The notes: a model not told the origin generated them from the sequence alone. Positions 10,041-20,258 are shown, counted from the stretch's first letter. The stretch is 51,264 bases of DNA from Acidimicrobiia bacterium (GCA_009377435.1 WHUC01000003.1:1-51264), one strand, 5' to 3'. A program made the numbers and translations.

Positions 10041-10708
10041 TCTCCTTCTCCAACTCCACCGACCGTACCGAACGGTTGGAACGCCGGGTAGGGACCCACC
10101 GCCGAGGCTTCCTCGGCGACGGCCCAGTCGAAACTGCGACGGCCCCCGAAATGACGCTGCATCTCGTCGGTGTTGATCGTGGCGGGTCGCTCCTGTTGGA
10201 GCCAACGGACCAGCTCGCGGGCCTTCACGGGAGTCACCCCCTCGATCAACTCGTAGTTCACCTGCACCGCGGGGGCACCCCCACACGCCCCGATGCATTC
10301 GACATGCTCCACCGAGATGAGTCCCTCCTCGTCGGTCTCGCCGTGGGGCACACCTGACTCCAGTTCGATGGCCTCGAAAACGTCGTCACCGCCGGTCAAC
10401 ATGCACGAGATGGAGGTGCAGGCCGAGATGAGGTACTTCCCGGTGCGCTCCCGCTTGTACATCGTGTAGAACGACGCCACCGCCAACACCTGCGCCGGGG
10501 TGATCCCGACCAGCTCGGCCACCTGTTCCATTCCGCCGTTGGTGAGACGACCGTCTTCGGCCATGGCCAGATAGAGAAGGGGCATCACCGCCGAGCGCTT
10601 CTCGGGATACCTGGCCATGATCCGCCGGGCACGCTCCAGGCTCTCATCGGACCACTTCTTCCCGCTCTCGGCGGGACGGATCGTCAGAGTGATGGGCTCG
10701 CTACCCAT
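10037..10708 (-). CDS. nuoE: NADH-quinone oxidoreductase subunit E
   Basis: VASFYTMY, CTSISC and ECIGACGGAP [2Fe-2S] motifs; GAGGTG RBS. Confidence 0.95.
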   Translation of the reverse strand: MGSEPITLTIRPAESGKKWSDESLERARRIMARYPEKRSAVMPLLYLAMAEDGRLTNGGMEQVAELVGITPAQVLAVASFYTMYKRERTGKYLISACTSISCMLTGGDDVFEAIELESGVPHGETDEEGLISVEHVECIGACGGAPAVQVNYELIEGVTPVKARELVRWLQQERPATINTDEMQRHFGGRRSFDWAVAEEASAVGPYPAFQPFGTVGGVGEGE

Positions 10709-10832
10709 TGTTCACCTCAGAGCTTCTCACAACGGATCGCAGGATAGGGATGACGTGGCGAAGGGGGAAACAGCACTCACCGTGACCCGTCGCCGGCCGG
10801 GATAGCCGTCGGCGAAGCCGTCGGTCCTCCAC

Positions 10833-10885
10833 CCGTTTGGCGCGAGATTCCAGGGCTTGGCCGCACGAATTGGGCGCGAGAACGG
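10833..10885. repeat. Palindromic intergenic repeat (family C), copy 1
   Basis: CCGTTTGGCGCG...GCGCGAGAACGG imperfect hairpin, similar to 20188-20239. Confidence 0.6.
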
Positions 10886-10909
10886 TCTGTGATGTGCCGG
10901 GGCCCGCGG

Positions 10910-13900
10910 TCAGTCCAACAGGTTCCGGAGCTGGCGCACGGCGACGAGGAGTGGGGAGACGTCGTCCTGGGGCGCCGAACTGAGACTGTGAACTACCCGG
11001 GCGACACGGTTGGTCACGTCTCCACGGGATTCGAGGAAATCGTGAACGGCGTCATGCATCGACGAGCCCGGCTCGGAGCGAGCCACGACCCGATCGGCCA
11101 GCTCGTATCTGAGGTTGATGAGTGCGTCCTCAATCGACTGACGCGCCCACCGGGCCCACCGGCCCGTGACCTCGAGTTTCCGTGCCATCCGGTTTAGTCG
11201 AGCCAGGCCAACCGCGGCGCCGAGGTGGAGGAAGACGTCGAAGACCTCGGTCACGGGGCGATCGTGTCGTTTGGCGACGGCGATGGCACCGGGAACGTGG
11301 AGCAGGACAGGGCTGATCACATGACGTCTCGCCACCGACTCATCGAACCCCTCGTCGACGAGGGCGTCCACCCTCTCGACCAGACCTGCCCTCCACCTCT
11401 CTGTGCCGAGACCGTCGATTGCATCCTCGATCTCCCGGAACAGCTTCACGTCGGCAACGGACTCGGAGAGCGATACCTCGGGTGACTGCGTTAGATACCA
11501 CCGGGTCACCGAGGCCACCAGGAGATCCGCCTCGTCCATCAGCTCGATCCACCGGGTTGTGTCCATCTTCCCGAAGAGGGCCTCCAGCCGGTCCCAATAA
11601 CGGGTGGCATCGACCACCTCGCGGGCGATTCGCTCGCTTCGGACGATCTCGGGGATGGTGGCACCCGTCCGTGCGCCGAGCTGGCTGACGAAGGTCATAC
11701 CCAGGTCGTTGACCACCTTGTTGGCGAGAATCGTGGCGGCCAGTTCCCGACGGAGCGGGAATTTTTCCACATGGTCCCCGAAACGCTCCACGACCACCGA
11801 GGGGAAGTAGTCACGAAGATCATTGAGGAAATAGGGATCGTCGGGGAGGTCGGAGGTCACAAGGGCGTCGTACACGCTTCGTTTGGCGTCGACAAGGAGA
11901 ACCGAGAGTTCGGGTCGGGTCATCCGCTTTCCCGCCGCCGAACGCTCCGACATCTCCTCGGTGTCGGGAAGACCGTCCAGCCGGCGATCGACAATGCCCT
12001 CCTCTTCGAGTTCGACCATCAAATCCTCCAGCGCCTCCACCTGCGCTCTCGCTCCCAGCTCTTCCTGGGAGAGCATCTGGGCCTGGAGATAGTTGTCGTA
12101 GAGGATCTTCTCGACGACCTCGTCGACCACCTCGCCGATGACGGCGTTGCGCTCCGGCCGGTCGAGGTCACCTGCCTCCTCGGCCCGGCCCAGGAGGATC
12201 TTGAGGTTCACCTCCCGGTCGGAGGCATCGACGCCACCGGAATTGTCGATGAAATCGGTATTGATCCTTCCCCCCGCCTGGGCGTACTCGATCCGACCGT
12301 GTTGGGTGAGCCCGAGGTTGCCACCCTCGACCAGAACCCGGGTGCGGAGATCCGAGCCATTCACACGGACCGAGTCGTTGGTCCGGTCCTCGGCGTCGGC
12401 GTGGCTCTCGTGGGAGGCCTTGACATAGGTGCCGATCCCACCATTCCACAGGAGGTCGACGGGTGCCTTCAGGATCACCGCGATCAGCTGGTCCGGGGTA
12501 AAGGTCGATTGATCGGTGCCAAGGGCAGTCTGGGCCTCCGGCGAGATCTCGACCCGCTTCGCACTGCGATCGAAGACGCCACCACCCGTCGAGATGAGAT
12601 CGCTGCCGTAGTCGGCCCAGGTCGACCCGGCGAGATGGAACAGACGCTTCCGTTCCTCGAAGGAACTGGCGGCGTCGGGGTTGGGATCGATGAAGACATG
12701 CATGTGGTTGAACGCGGCGATGAGTCTGATCCGGTCGGAACAGAGCATCCCGTTCCCAAAGACATCACCGCCCATGTCACCGATACCGACCGCGGTGAAT
12801 TCGTCTGTGGCCGGGTCGACACCCATCTCCATGAAATGGCGCTTCAACGACTCCCATGCACCCCGGGCCGTAATCCCGAGGGCCTTGTGGTCGTATCCGG
12901 TCGACCCACCCGATGCGAAGGCGTCTCCCAGCCAGAAGCCTCTGGAGACGGCTATCTCGTTGGCAACGTCGCTGAATCTGGCGGTGCCCTTGTCGGCGGC
13001 CACCACCAGATAGGGGTCTTCGCCGTCATGGATGACGACATCGGAGGGATGGACGACGTCATCACCGACACGATTGTCGGTTACGTCGAGGAGTGCGGCG
13101 ATGTACGCCCTGTATTGGCTTTCGATCACCTCGGCGCGTTCCGCCCGGTCCTGGGGAAGTCGGTTGATGACAAACCCGCCCTTGGCCCCGGTGGGGACGA
13201 TAACGGCGTTCTTGGTGATCTGTGCCTTCATCAGTCCGAGGACCTCGCTGCGGTAGTCCTCCTGCCGGTCGGAATGACGCAGACCGCCCCGGGCGACCGG
13301 GCCCCCTCTGAGGTGGATGCCCTCGAGGTTGCGTCCGATCACGAAGATCTCCGCCAGCGGTCGGGGCGCCGGTGCGTCGGGCACATCAGCGGAGCGGAAC
13401 TTGAAGCTGAGGACCTCGCGATCCTTCTGGTAGTAGTTGGTGCGGAGGGTGGCGTCGATCAGTGCCAGCATGCTGCGAAGGATGCGGTCGTGGTCGAGCT
13501 TCTTGACCTCGTCGAGGGCCACCGTTATCCGTTTGCGGATCATCTCCTCGTCGAGGTCGGAGTGGGGTTCGAAGCGCGCCCGGAACAACTCGATCAGATC
13601 GGCGGCTATCTCCGGATAGGTGATGAGAGTCTCGTTGGTGTACGAGACCGTGAACACGGGGGCGACCCTCTTCCAGTAGGTTCGGTATGCCTGGAGCAGG
13701 GCCACGTGGCTGTGGTCGAGCCCGGCGGTGACGACGAGTCGTTGCAGGGGGTCGCTGGATATCTCGCCGTTCCACACCGAAGCCAGGGTGTCGCGGATCC
13801 GTTCACCCGACTCCTCGATTTCGAGTGGCTCACCGCAGAACCTGACACCAAAATCGTGGATGAAGGCGGGTTGGTCACCCTTGAGACGGGTGGGAACCTC

Positions 13901-15673
13901 CTCGATAACCTCGAGACCGAGGTTCTCCAAGGCGGGCATCAGGTCGGAGAGGGCGCTCCTACCGCCCTTGCGATAGAGGGCGATACGGGTGAGAGGGTCC
14001 TCCTCGCTGCTGTCGGATTGGACTCCGACCCGGAAGGTGTCCTCGGAGTGCATCAGCTTGTCGAGAGACACGATGTCGCCGGTGACGACCTGGAGCGGGG
14101 TTTGCGAGGCGTAGTAACCGGGGAAGCGCTCGCTCCACTCGTTGGCAATCCGATTCGCCTCCAGAGTCCCCATGTCCGACTCGAGCGCATCCACCAGACG
14201 GTCGCGCCATGGTCTCGCCAGGGCGATGACGTCGCGCTCCAGGGAATCCTGGTCCACCTCGGGCACGACATCGTCCTCTATCCACACCGTGAAATGGATC
14301 TGGGCCGACTCCCCCTCACCGAGGGCGAGGTGGTAGTCGACGGGCCCTCCCCCGAAGCGCTCGGTGATCATGCCCTGGATCTGTTTCCGGAGGGTGGCGT
14401 TGAACCGATCACGGGGCATGCTCACCAGGATCGAGATGCTCCGCTTGAGTAGGTCCCGACGCACAAAGACCTTGACCTGTTGGCGCTCTTCCAATGTGAG
14501 GAGCCCCAACAGTTCGGCACGCAACGCTTCGGTGGGTGCCGCGAAGAGATCGTGTTTGCTGAACCCCTCGAAGATCTGGATGACGGCCTTGTGGTCGTGG
14601 GATCCCTCGATGAGGTCCTCGGCGACGAGGATCTGAGCGAGTTTTCGGCGCAATACGGGTGTCTTCGAGGCCGGCTCCATGTAGGCCCGCGAGGTGTACA
14701 ACCCGAGCATCCGGGCCTCACCGACCGTCCGGCCATCGCCATCGAGTAGACGGACCCCCACATAATCCATCCGGGATCGCCGGTGCACCGTCGACAGGGA
14801 ATTGGTCTTGGTGATGACGATCAGGTCTCCCCCTTCGAAGCGGGCGGCGAGTTCCTGGGGAAGATCGGAGAGGAGGACCGGCCGGGCCATCCGGGAGCCC
14901 TTGTCGTCGCGCAGGATCCCCAGCCCCGACCCGGGGACCACCGATACCGCCCGTCCCCCGGGGGTGTCCTGGATCTGATACTCGCGGAACCCGAGGAACA
15001 CGAAGTTGTCGTCGCGGAGCCAGTTGAGGAAGTCGATAGCCTCCCCGACGTCGGCCTCGGAATGATGGGCGCCGGCGATCCTCGCCAGGTCGATCATCCG
15101 GTCGATCCTCCCCGCCATGGCATGGAAGTCATCGACGGTGGCCCGGACGTCGTGGAGGATGTCGAACACCTTCTGCTCGAGGGATTCCTTCTCCGCTGCG
15201 GTGAGGAATCGGTCGAGCACGTAATGCTGGATGGACTCACGGTGTGTGGTCTGACGGGCGGAACGGACCTTGACCAGTTCCCCGTCGGTTCGCTCGATCC
15301 CCACGACGGGATGGACCAGCTTCACCACCTCGAGGTCACGCGCCTGGATCTCGTTGATCACCGAATCGAGCGAGAAAGGTGAGTCGGGTAGGGCGATCTC
15401 GATGACCGTGCCCGTCGACTCGTAACCGTGGGAGGCCGTGGTCGGGTCGAAAACCCTGACCATCACCTCGTACGGCCGCTGTTGGATAAAGTCGAAGATG
15501 GACTCCACCTCGGCGGCGGCATCGGGCGCGGGACCGATGGAATCGGCGGGGACCCGGCGGCAGTAGACCCGGGCGAAATCGAGTAGTGATTCGTTGCCCG
15601 GATTCGCTTCGGAGAGTCGGGCAACTATCTGATCGATGAGGTCGGGAGCTTCGGTCGTCGGTTCTGTTGCCAC
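10910..15673 (-). CDS. gdh: Large NAD-specific glutamate dehydrogenase (GDH2 type, about 1590 aa)
   Basis: GIHLRGGPVARGGLR, KNAVIVPTGAKGGF, VVAADKGTA, GIGDMGGDVFGNG and NTDFIDNSGGV; start GTG 15673 or 15679 after TACGAT. Confidence 0.96.
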   Translation of the reverse strand: MATEPTTEAPDLIDQIVARLSEANPGNESLLDFARVYCRRVPADSIGPAPDAAAEVESIFDFIQQRPYEVMVRVFDPTTASHGYESTGTVIEIALPDSPFSLDSVINEIQARDLEVVKLVHPVVGIERTDGELVKVRSARQTTHRESIQHYVLDRFLTAAEKESLEQKVFDILHDVRATVDDFHAMAGRIDRMIDLARIAGAHHSEADVGEAIDFLNWLRDDNFVFLGFREYQIQDTPGGRAVSVVPGSGLGILRDDKGSRMARPVLLSDLPQELAARFEGGDLIVITKTNSLSTVHRRSRMDYVGVRLLDGDGRTVGEARMLGLYTSRAYMEPASKTPVLRRKLAQILVAEDLIEGSHDHKAVIQIFEGFSKHDLFAAPTEALRAELLGLLTLEERQQVKVFVRRDLLKRSISILVSMPRDRFNATLRKQIQGMITERFGGGPVDYHLALGEGESAQIHFTVWIEDDVVPEVDQDSLERDVIALARPWRDRLVDALESDMGTLEANRIANEWSERFPGYYASQTPLQVVTGDIVSLDKLMHSEDTFRVGVQSDSSEEDPLTRIALYRKGGRSALSDLMPALENLGLEVIEEVPTRLKGDQPAFIHDFGVRFCGEPLEIEESGERIRDTLASVWNGEISSDPLQRLVVTAGLDHSHVALLQAYRTYWKRVAPVFTVSYTNETLITYPEIAADLIELFRARFEPHSDLDEEMIRKRITVALDEVKKLDHDRILRSMLALIDATLRTNYYQKDREVLSFKFRSADVPDAPAPRPLAEIFVIGRNLEGIHLRGGPVARGGLRHSDRQEDYRSEVLGLMKAQITKNAVIVPTGAKGGFVINRLPQDRAERAEVIESQYRAYIAALLDVTDNRVGDDVVHPSDVVIHDGEDPYLVVAADKGTARFSDVANEIAVSRGFWLGDAFASGGSTGYDHKALGITARGAWESLKRHFMEMGVDPATDEFTAVGIGDMGGDVFGNGMLCSDRIRLIAAFNHMHVFIDPNPDAASSFEERKRLFHLAGSTWADYGSDLISTGGGVFDRSAKRVEISPEAQTALGTDQSTFTPDQLIAVILKAPVDLLWNGGIGTYVKASHESHADAEDRTNDSVRVNGSDLRTRVLVEGGNLGLTQHGRIEYAQAGGRINTDFIDNSGGVDASDREVNLKILLGRAEEAGDLDRPERNAVIGEVVDEVVEKILYDNYLQAQMLSQEELGARAQVEALEDLMVELEEEGIVDRRLDGLPDTEEMSERSAAGKRMTRPELSVLLVDAKRSVYDALVTSDLPDDPYFLNDLRDYFPSVVVERFGDHVEKFPLRRELAATILANKVVNDLGMTFVSQLGARTGATIPEIVRSERIAREVVDATRYWDRLEALFGKMDTTRWIELMDEADLLVASVTRWYLTQSPEVSLSESVADVKLFREIEDAIDGLGTERWRAGLVERVDALVDEGFDESVARRHVISPVLLHVPGAIAVAKRHDRPVTEVFDVFLHLGAAVGLARLNRMARKLEVTGRWARWARQSIEDALINLRYELADRVVARSEPGSSMHDAVHDFLESRGDVTNRVARVVHSLSSAPQDDVSPLLVAVRQLRNLLD

Positions 15674-15791
15674 GTCCACGAATCGTAACCAATCCCCCCG
15701 CGTCGATCTACTCGGTTCCACCCCAGACGAGTGTGCAACAAGACCTAACGAGGACGACCCACAACACACTCGACCCGGGACGGCCCTACCG

Positions 15792-17192
15792 CTAGCGGTC
15801 GACGTCACCCATGATGGGATCGAGGGAGGCGATGGTGGCGACCGTGTCGGCAACGAGGGAGTCGGCCATCATGATGGGCAGGCCTTGAATGTTGTAGAAC
15901 GACGGGGCGCGGGTGTGCATCCGCCAGGGTTTCCCACCCCCGGTCGAGACCAGATAGCAGCCGAGCTCACCCCGGGGTGACTCGACCGCCGCATAGGTCT
16001 CACCCTCGGGCACCCGGAACCCCTCGGTGAAGAGTTTGAAGTGGTGGATCAGGGCCTCCATCGACTCATTGATGCGGCCCCGTGGCGGAGGGGCAACCTT
16101 GCGGTCACCGGTCATGTAATCGCCCTTGGGCATGGTGTCGGTGACCTGTTTGACGATATTCATGGACTGGTAGATCTCGTCGACACGGATCCGGTAGCGA
16201 TCGTATACGTCACCGTTCTCGCCGGTGATCACATCGAACTCGTACTGTTCGATGCCGGAATACGGGTTCGACTTGCGGAGATCCCACTCCAGGCCCGTTG
16301 CCCGCAGCGTCGGACCCGTCAGCCCGTAGGCGAGGGCCTCCTCGGTGGTCACCACACCGACATTCTGCGTCCGTTCCACCCAGATGGGGTTCTTCTCGAG
16401 AATGGCGTCGTACTGGTCGAGACGACGGGGAAGGGTGTCGAGGATCTCGGTAACGTCGGCCCGCCATCCGGGGGGCAGATCGGCGGCGACGCCACCGGGA
16501 CGGATGTAGTTGTGGTTCATCCGGAGGCCGGTTGCCTTCTCGAAGAAGTCGAGGATCTGTTCGCGGTCACGGAACCCGTACAACATCATCGATATGGCGC
16601 CGACATCCATGGCGTTGGTGGCGAGGGCGACAAGATGCGAACTGATCCGATTGAGTTCGGTCATCAGGATCCGGATCGCCTGGGCCCGTGGTGGGATGTC
16701 GGTTCCGAGAAGCCTCTCCACCGCCAAGGAGTAACACAGTTCGTTGTGGAAGGGAGCGAGGTAGTCCATCCGGGTGACGTTGGTGCCACCCTGCATGAAC
16801 ATCAGATCCTCGGCGGTCTTCTCCATGCCTGTGTGGAGATAGCCGATGATGGGCTTGGTGCGGCGGATGATCTCACCCTCGAGCTCGATCTGGAGACGGA
16901 GGACACCGTGGGTCGACGGGTGTTGGGGGCCCATGTTGACGATCATCCTCTCGTCGTCGCCCTGGGGCTGCTCCTCGATGAAGTAGTCGTCGTCGACGAC
17001 CGAGCCCAGTTGTTCGGCGAGCTCACGCTCGGTGTCGTCGGGTTGGAACTCCTGGGACGCCTCGTCGGTGTAGTCCGGTTCCTCGGTTCCGGTCAGCCAG
17101 ACATCCACGGTGCGACGCCGCGGCCGCTCCCCGGTCTGTGCGGCCGCTTCCCCGGTGAGAGCCGTCTGGTCGGGTTCGTTGGTCCGGGTCAC
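15792..17192 (-). CDS. nuoD: NADH-quinone oxidoreductase subunit D
   Basis: NMGPQHPSTHGVLRL, GYLHTGMEK and C-terminal DPIMGDVDR. Confidence 0.97.
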   Translation of the reverse strand: MTRTNEPDQTALTGEAAAQTGERPRRRTVDVWLTGTEEPDYTDEASQEFQPDDTERELAEQLGSVVDDDYFIEEQPQGDDERMIVNMGPQHPSTHGVLRLQIELEGEIIRRTKPIIGYLHTGMEKTAEDLMFMQGGTNVTRMDYLAPFHNELCYSLAVERLLGTDIPPRAQAIRILMTELNRISSHLVALATNAMDVGAISMMLYGFRDREQILDFFEKATGLRMNHNYIRPGGVAADLPPGWRADVTEILDTLPRRLDQYDAILEKNPIWVERTQNVGVVTTEEALAYGLTGPTLRATGLEWDLRKSNPYSGIEQYEFDVITGENGDVYDRYRIRVDEIYQSMNIVKQVTDTMPKGDYMTGDRKVAPPPRGRINESMEALIHHFKLFTEGFRVPEGETYAAVESPRGELGCYLVSTGGGKPWRMHTRAPSFYNIQGLPIMMADSLVADTVATIASLDPIMGDVDR

Positions 17193-17194
17193 GC

Positions 17195-17824
17195 TCAGAT
17201 CACCTCGTGCGAGCCCTTGAACTGAACGGGGACGCCACCCACGTCGAAGTCCTTGCGGAGGGGATATCCGGTCCAGTCGTCGGGCATGAGGATTCGGGTG
17301 AGGTCGGGGTGGTCCTCGAAGATGATCCCGAACATGTCGTACACCTCGCGCTCGGGGAAGTTCGCCCCCGGGTACACCGGCACCAGTGAGGGCACCGTGA
17401 GGTCGTCACGGGGGACACCGGCGATGATCCGCACCCGTTGGTTTCGGGACACGCTGAGAAGCGAAACGACGACGTCGTAGCGGACCCGACGCTCCCGGAA
17501 CCAGTCGACGGCCGTGATGTCGGCGCACACTTCGAAACCGGCCTCCCTGGCCGCCTCGGCCACCGTCCGCAGCGAGTCCTTGGGTAGCCGGATAACCGTC
17601 TGGCCAACCGAGTCCTCGATCGAGGCGCCCTCGATGCCCTCGATGAGGGACACCAGGCCGGGATCGACCGTGGGTTCGTCACCGTCCCGATCGGCCGATC
17701 CCACCCCGCCGTTGGTCTCGCGGTCGAACTCGATGCCCTCCTCGGCGTTGTCCCCGGTCTCGGCGGGTGTGCGCGGGGCGTCGACCATGTCCTTGCCGAC
17801 CCGGTCGGATCCGTCGACACTCAC
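17195..17824 (-). CDS. nuoC: NADH-quinone oxidoreductase subunit C
   Basis: [31 protein letters not shown]; GTGA overlap with the nuoB stop; acidic N-terminal extension. Confidence 0.94.
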   Translation of the reverse strand: MSVDGSDRVGKDMVDAPRTPAETGDNAEEGIEFDRETNGGVGSADRDGDEPTVDPGLVSLIEGIEGASIEDSVGQTVIRLPKDSLRTVAEAAREAGFEVCADITAVDWFRERRVRYDVVVSLLSVSRNQRVRIIAGVPRDDLTVPSLVPVYPGANFPEREVYDMFGIIFEDHPDLTRILMPDDWTGYPLRKDFDVGGVPVQFKGSHEVI

Positions 17825-18291
17825 GATGCGATCTCGCCGCTCATGATCTTGTCGTGGAGGGTGAGGATCCCGTGCATCAGGGACGTCGGGCCCGGTGGGC
17901 ACCCGGGAACGTAGATGTCGACGGGTACCACCTGATCGACACCCTGGACGAGGGCATAGTTGTTGAACATGCCACCGGTCGAGGCGCACGCTCCCATCGA
18001 GACGACCCATTTCGGTTCGGGCATCTGGTCGTATACCTGGCGGAGCACCGGGGCCATCTTCTGGCTGACCCGTCCGGCGACGATCATCAAATCGGCCTGG
18101 CGGGGTGATGCCCGGAAGACCTCCATGCCGAAGCGTGCCGAGTCGTAATGGGCGGTGCCCATCGCCATCATCTCGATGGCACAGCAGGCCAAACCGAAGG
18201 TCATAGGGAACATCGACCTGGTGCGGGCCCACGACGCCAGCTTGTCGATTCTGGCGGTGAGGAAACCGGGGGGGTTGGTGGGGTGGGGCAC
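17821..18291 (-). CDS. nuoB: NADH-quinone oxidoreductase subunit B
   Basis: [25 protein letters not shown] and YVPGCPP; start taken at GTG 18291 ([12 protein letters not shown]). Confidence 0.95.
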   Translation of the reverse strand: MPHPTNPPGFLTARIDKLASWARTRSMFPMTFGLACCAIEMMAMGTAHYDSARFGMEVFRASPRQADLMIVAGRVSQKMAPVLRQVYDQMPEPKWVVSMGACASTGGMFNNYALVQGVDQVVPVDIYVPGCPPGPTSLMHGILTLHDKIMSGEIAS

Positions 18292-18335
18292 TAGGAGGCT
18301 GGTGTGGAGCAAAGGATGGGGGTGGCGTCGGTCAT
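18291..18335 (-). other. 14-aa linker mini-ORF ([14 protein letters not shown]) containing a family-A MITE terminus
   Basis: ATGA overlap with the nuoA stop and TAGTG overlap with the nuoB GTG; 18294-18308 GGAGGCTGGTGTGGA is identical to 4673-4687. Confidence 0.55.
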
Positions 18336-18745
18336 GCCGCCTCCTCGATGCGGAAATGCTCCCGGGCATAACGAGACCGGGTCTTGACATTCCAGTCGAG
18401 GGCACCCCGCTTCCACACATACACCAGGGTTTCGAGCACGAACAGGGTGAAGATGCCGGCGGCGGCGATCCCGTACCAGGCCAGCTCGTTGAAGATCGAC
18501 GCCCAGGCGAAGAGGAACACGATCTCGACATCGAAGATGACGAACAACATGGCCACGAGGTAAAACTTGACCGGGAAGCGCTGGGTGGGCTCGACCTCGG
18601 AGGTGATCCCACATTCGTAGGGGGCGAGCTTCTCGGGGGTGGGGTTGCTGGGTCTGGCGAAACGGGACGCCACCAGGGAGACGGCCACAAAACCGGCCGC
18701 GAGGACCAACATCACCACAAATGGCAGATAGTCGACAAGAGCCAT
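18332..18745 (-). CDS. nuoA: NADH-quinone oxidoreductase subunit A
   Basis: [22 protein letters not shown] and WKRGALDW; TATTCT -10 box 6 nt before the ATG. Confidence 0.97.
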   Translation of the reverse strand: MALVDYLPFVVMLVLAAGFVAVSLVASRFARPSNPTPEKLAPYECGITSEVEPTQRFPVKFYLVAMLFVIFDVEIVFLFAWASIFNELAWYGIAAAGIFTLFVLETLVYVWKRGALDWNVKTRSRYAREHFRIEEAA

Positions 18746-18778
18746 GCCCGGAGAATAGGAGGTCCCGGCTTAACCCGG

Positions 18779-18885
18779 AAACGTGCGAGCCGGCGTCTGT
18801 TTCTCCGGGCTTCCCGACCGACCGACGAATGGGCAGACCCGTGACCCAGATCATCGCGACGGAGTCCGGAGAAAGCTCGCACACA
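18779..18885. repeat. Intergenic palindromic repeat (family B)
   Basis: AAACGTGCGAGCCGGCG...TCCGGAGAAAGCTCGCACACA with both ends nearly identical to 35274-35379; GTGCGAGC/GCTCGCAC inverted ends. Confidence 0.8.
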
Positions 18886-18887
18886 AA

Positions 18888-20126
18888 TCAACGGGTGGGC
18901 AGAAGCCGTACCGTTCCGGCCAGGGTTTGGTAGATGTACTCCCCGAGGTGTTTGTCATCCTCGTCGAGGAGGTTGGCCATCACCTTGAGGGTCCATTCCA
19001 TGAGGGTCCGGTTGCGGAGACCGGTGTGGGCGAGTGACCGCATCACCGCGGGGTTGCCGATCAGCTTGACGAAAATACGGGCCGTCCTGTAGTAGAGCCC
19101 GTACTCGTCGTCGAGTATCACCGGGTAGCGACGCAACAGGGTGGGGTCATCGGCCCCGATGGCATCCGATACCAGCCCGGCGGCGATGCGCCCCGTCTCG
19201 TAGGCGTAGGCGATACCCTCACCGTTCCACGGGTTGATGGCACCGACGGCATCACCGATCACCAGCCAGTTGGCACCCACCTGTGGGCCCTTGGAGAAGG
19301 ACATGGTGAGCTTTCCTCCCTTGGCGTCCGAGGTGGCCTTCTCCGCCGAGATTCCCCAGTAGTCGGGGGCGGCCTCGACATAGTTCTCCATCATCACGGT
19401 GGTGTTGACGTGTTTCCACCGCTTGAAGGTGGACAGCAGCCCGACCCCGACGTTTATCTCGCCATCACCGAGCGGGAAGACCCACCCGTAGCCGGGCATG
19501 GACGCCCCCGAGGAGTCCCGGATGTCCAGCTGGCTCTCCAGGAAGGGATCGGCCGACCGCGGCGAACTGAAGTAGCCCCGGGCGGCGAGACCCATGGGGA
19601 AGTCCTTGCGACGGGTCGTGCCCAACCCACGGCCAAAGCGGTCGAGGGAACCATCGGCGATGATCACATAGGCGGGATCGACCCGTTGCACCCCGGCGGC
19701 ACCACGTAATTCCACCGCCGTCAGCATCCCGTTCTCGACGATCGGATGGGCCTCGGTCCCCGACCGGACGGTGACGCCCTCCTTCTCGGCGAGTGCCGCC
19801 ACCTGCAGGTCGAGGTCCTTGCGTCGGATGACACCTCCCCAGTTGGGGAACCGGGAGTGCTCCGGCCACTCCATCTCCAACATGACGTCGTCACCGGCGT
19901 AGGAGCGGAGTCCGGTTATGCGGTGGAATTGGGGGACCTCGAAGTCGAACCCCATGTCCTCGAGTTGAAGGATCGCCCGCGGGGTGAGACCGTCCCCACA
20001 GGTCTTCTCCCGGGGGAACTCCTTTTTCTCGACGAGTGTGACCGGATGTCCAGAGCGTGCCAGCCAGTATGCGGCCGCCGATCCGGCTGGCCCGCCCCCG
20101 ACCACGAGAACCTCATGAGATGACAT
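18888..20126 (-). CDS. menJ: Geranylgeranyl reductase family, menaquinone reductase MenJ-like
   Basis: GGGPAGS FAD motif, FPREKTCGDGLTPRA, GYGWVFP and GDAVGAINPWNGEGI; sits upstream of nuoA as in other actinobacteria. Confidence 0.85.
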   Translation of the reverse strand: MSSHEVLVVGGGPAGSAAAYWLARSGHPVTLVEKKEFPREKTCGDGLTPRAILQLEDMGFDFEVPQFHRITGLRSYAGDDVMLEMEWPEHSRFPNWGGVIRRKDLDLQVAALAEKEGVTVRSGTEAHPIVENGMLTAVELRGAAGVQRVDPAYVIIADGSLDRFGRGLGTTRRKDFPMGLAARGYFSSPRSADPFLESQLDIRDSSGASMPGYGWVFPLGDGEINVGVGLLSTFKRWKHVNTTVMMENYVEAAPDYWGISAEKATSDAKGGKLTMSFSKGPQVGANWLVIGDAVGAINPWNGEGIAYAYETGRIAAGLVSDAIGADDPTLLRRYPVILDDEYGLYYRTARIFVKLIGNPAVMRSLAHTGLRNRTLMEWTLKVMANLLDEDDKHLGEYIYQTLAGTVRLLPTR

Positions 20127-20187
20127 CACGACAAGAGTACGAGAGGAGGGCCCAGTGCGGGAATCGGAGGGGCGGGTGGCTTCGGGA

Positions 20188-20239
20188 CGTTCTGGCGCGC
20201 AATTCCTGCGGCATGGCGCGGGAATAGCGCGCGAGAACG
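20188..20239. repeat. Palindromic intergenic repeat (family C), copy 2
   Basis: Long imperfect hairpin CGTTCTGGCGCGCAATTCCTGCG...CGCGGGAATAGCGCGCGAGAACG just downstream of the lipoprotein stop. Confidence 0.65.
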
Positions 20240-20258
20240 GAAATCAGGCCGAAGAACC

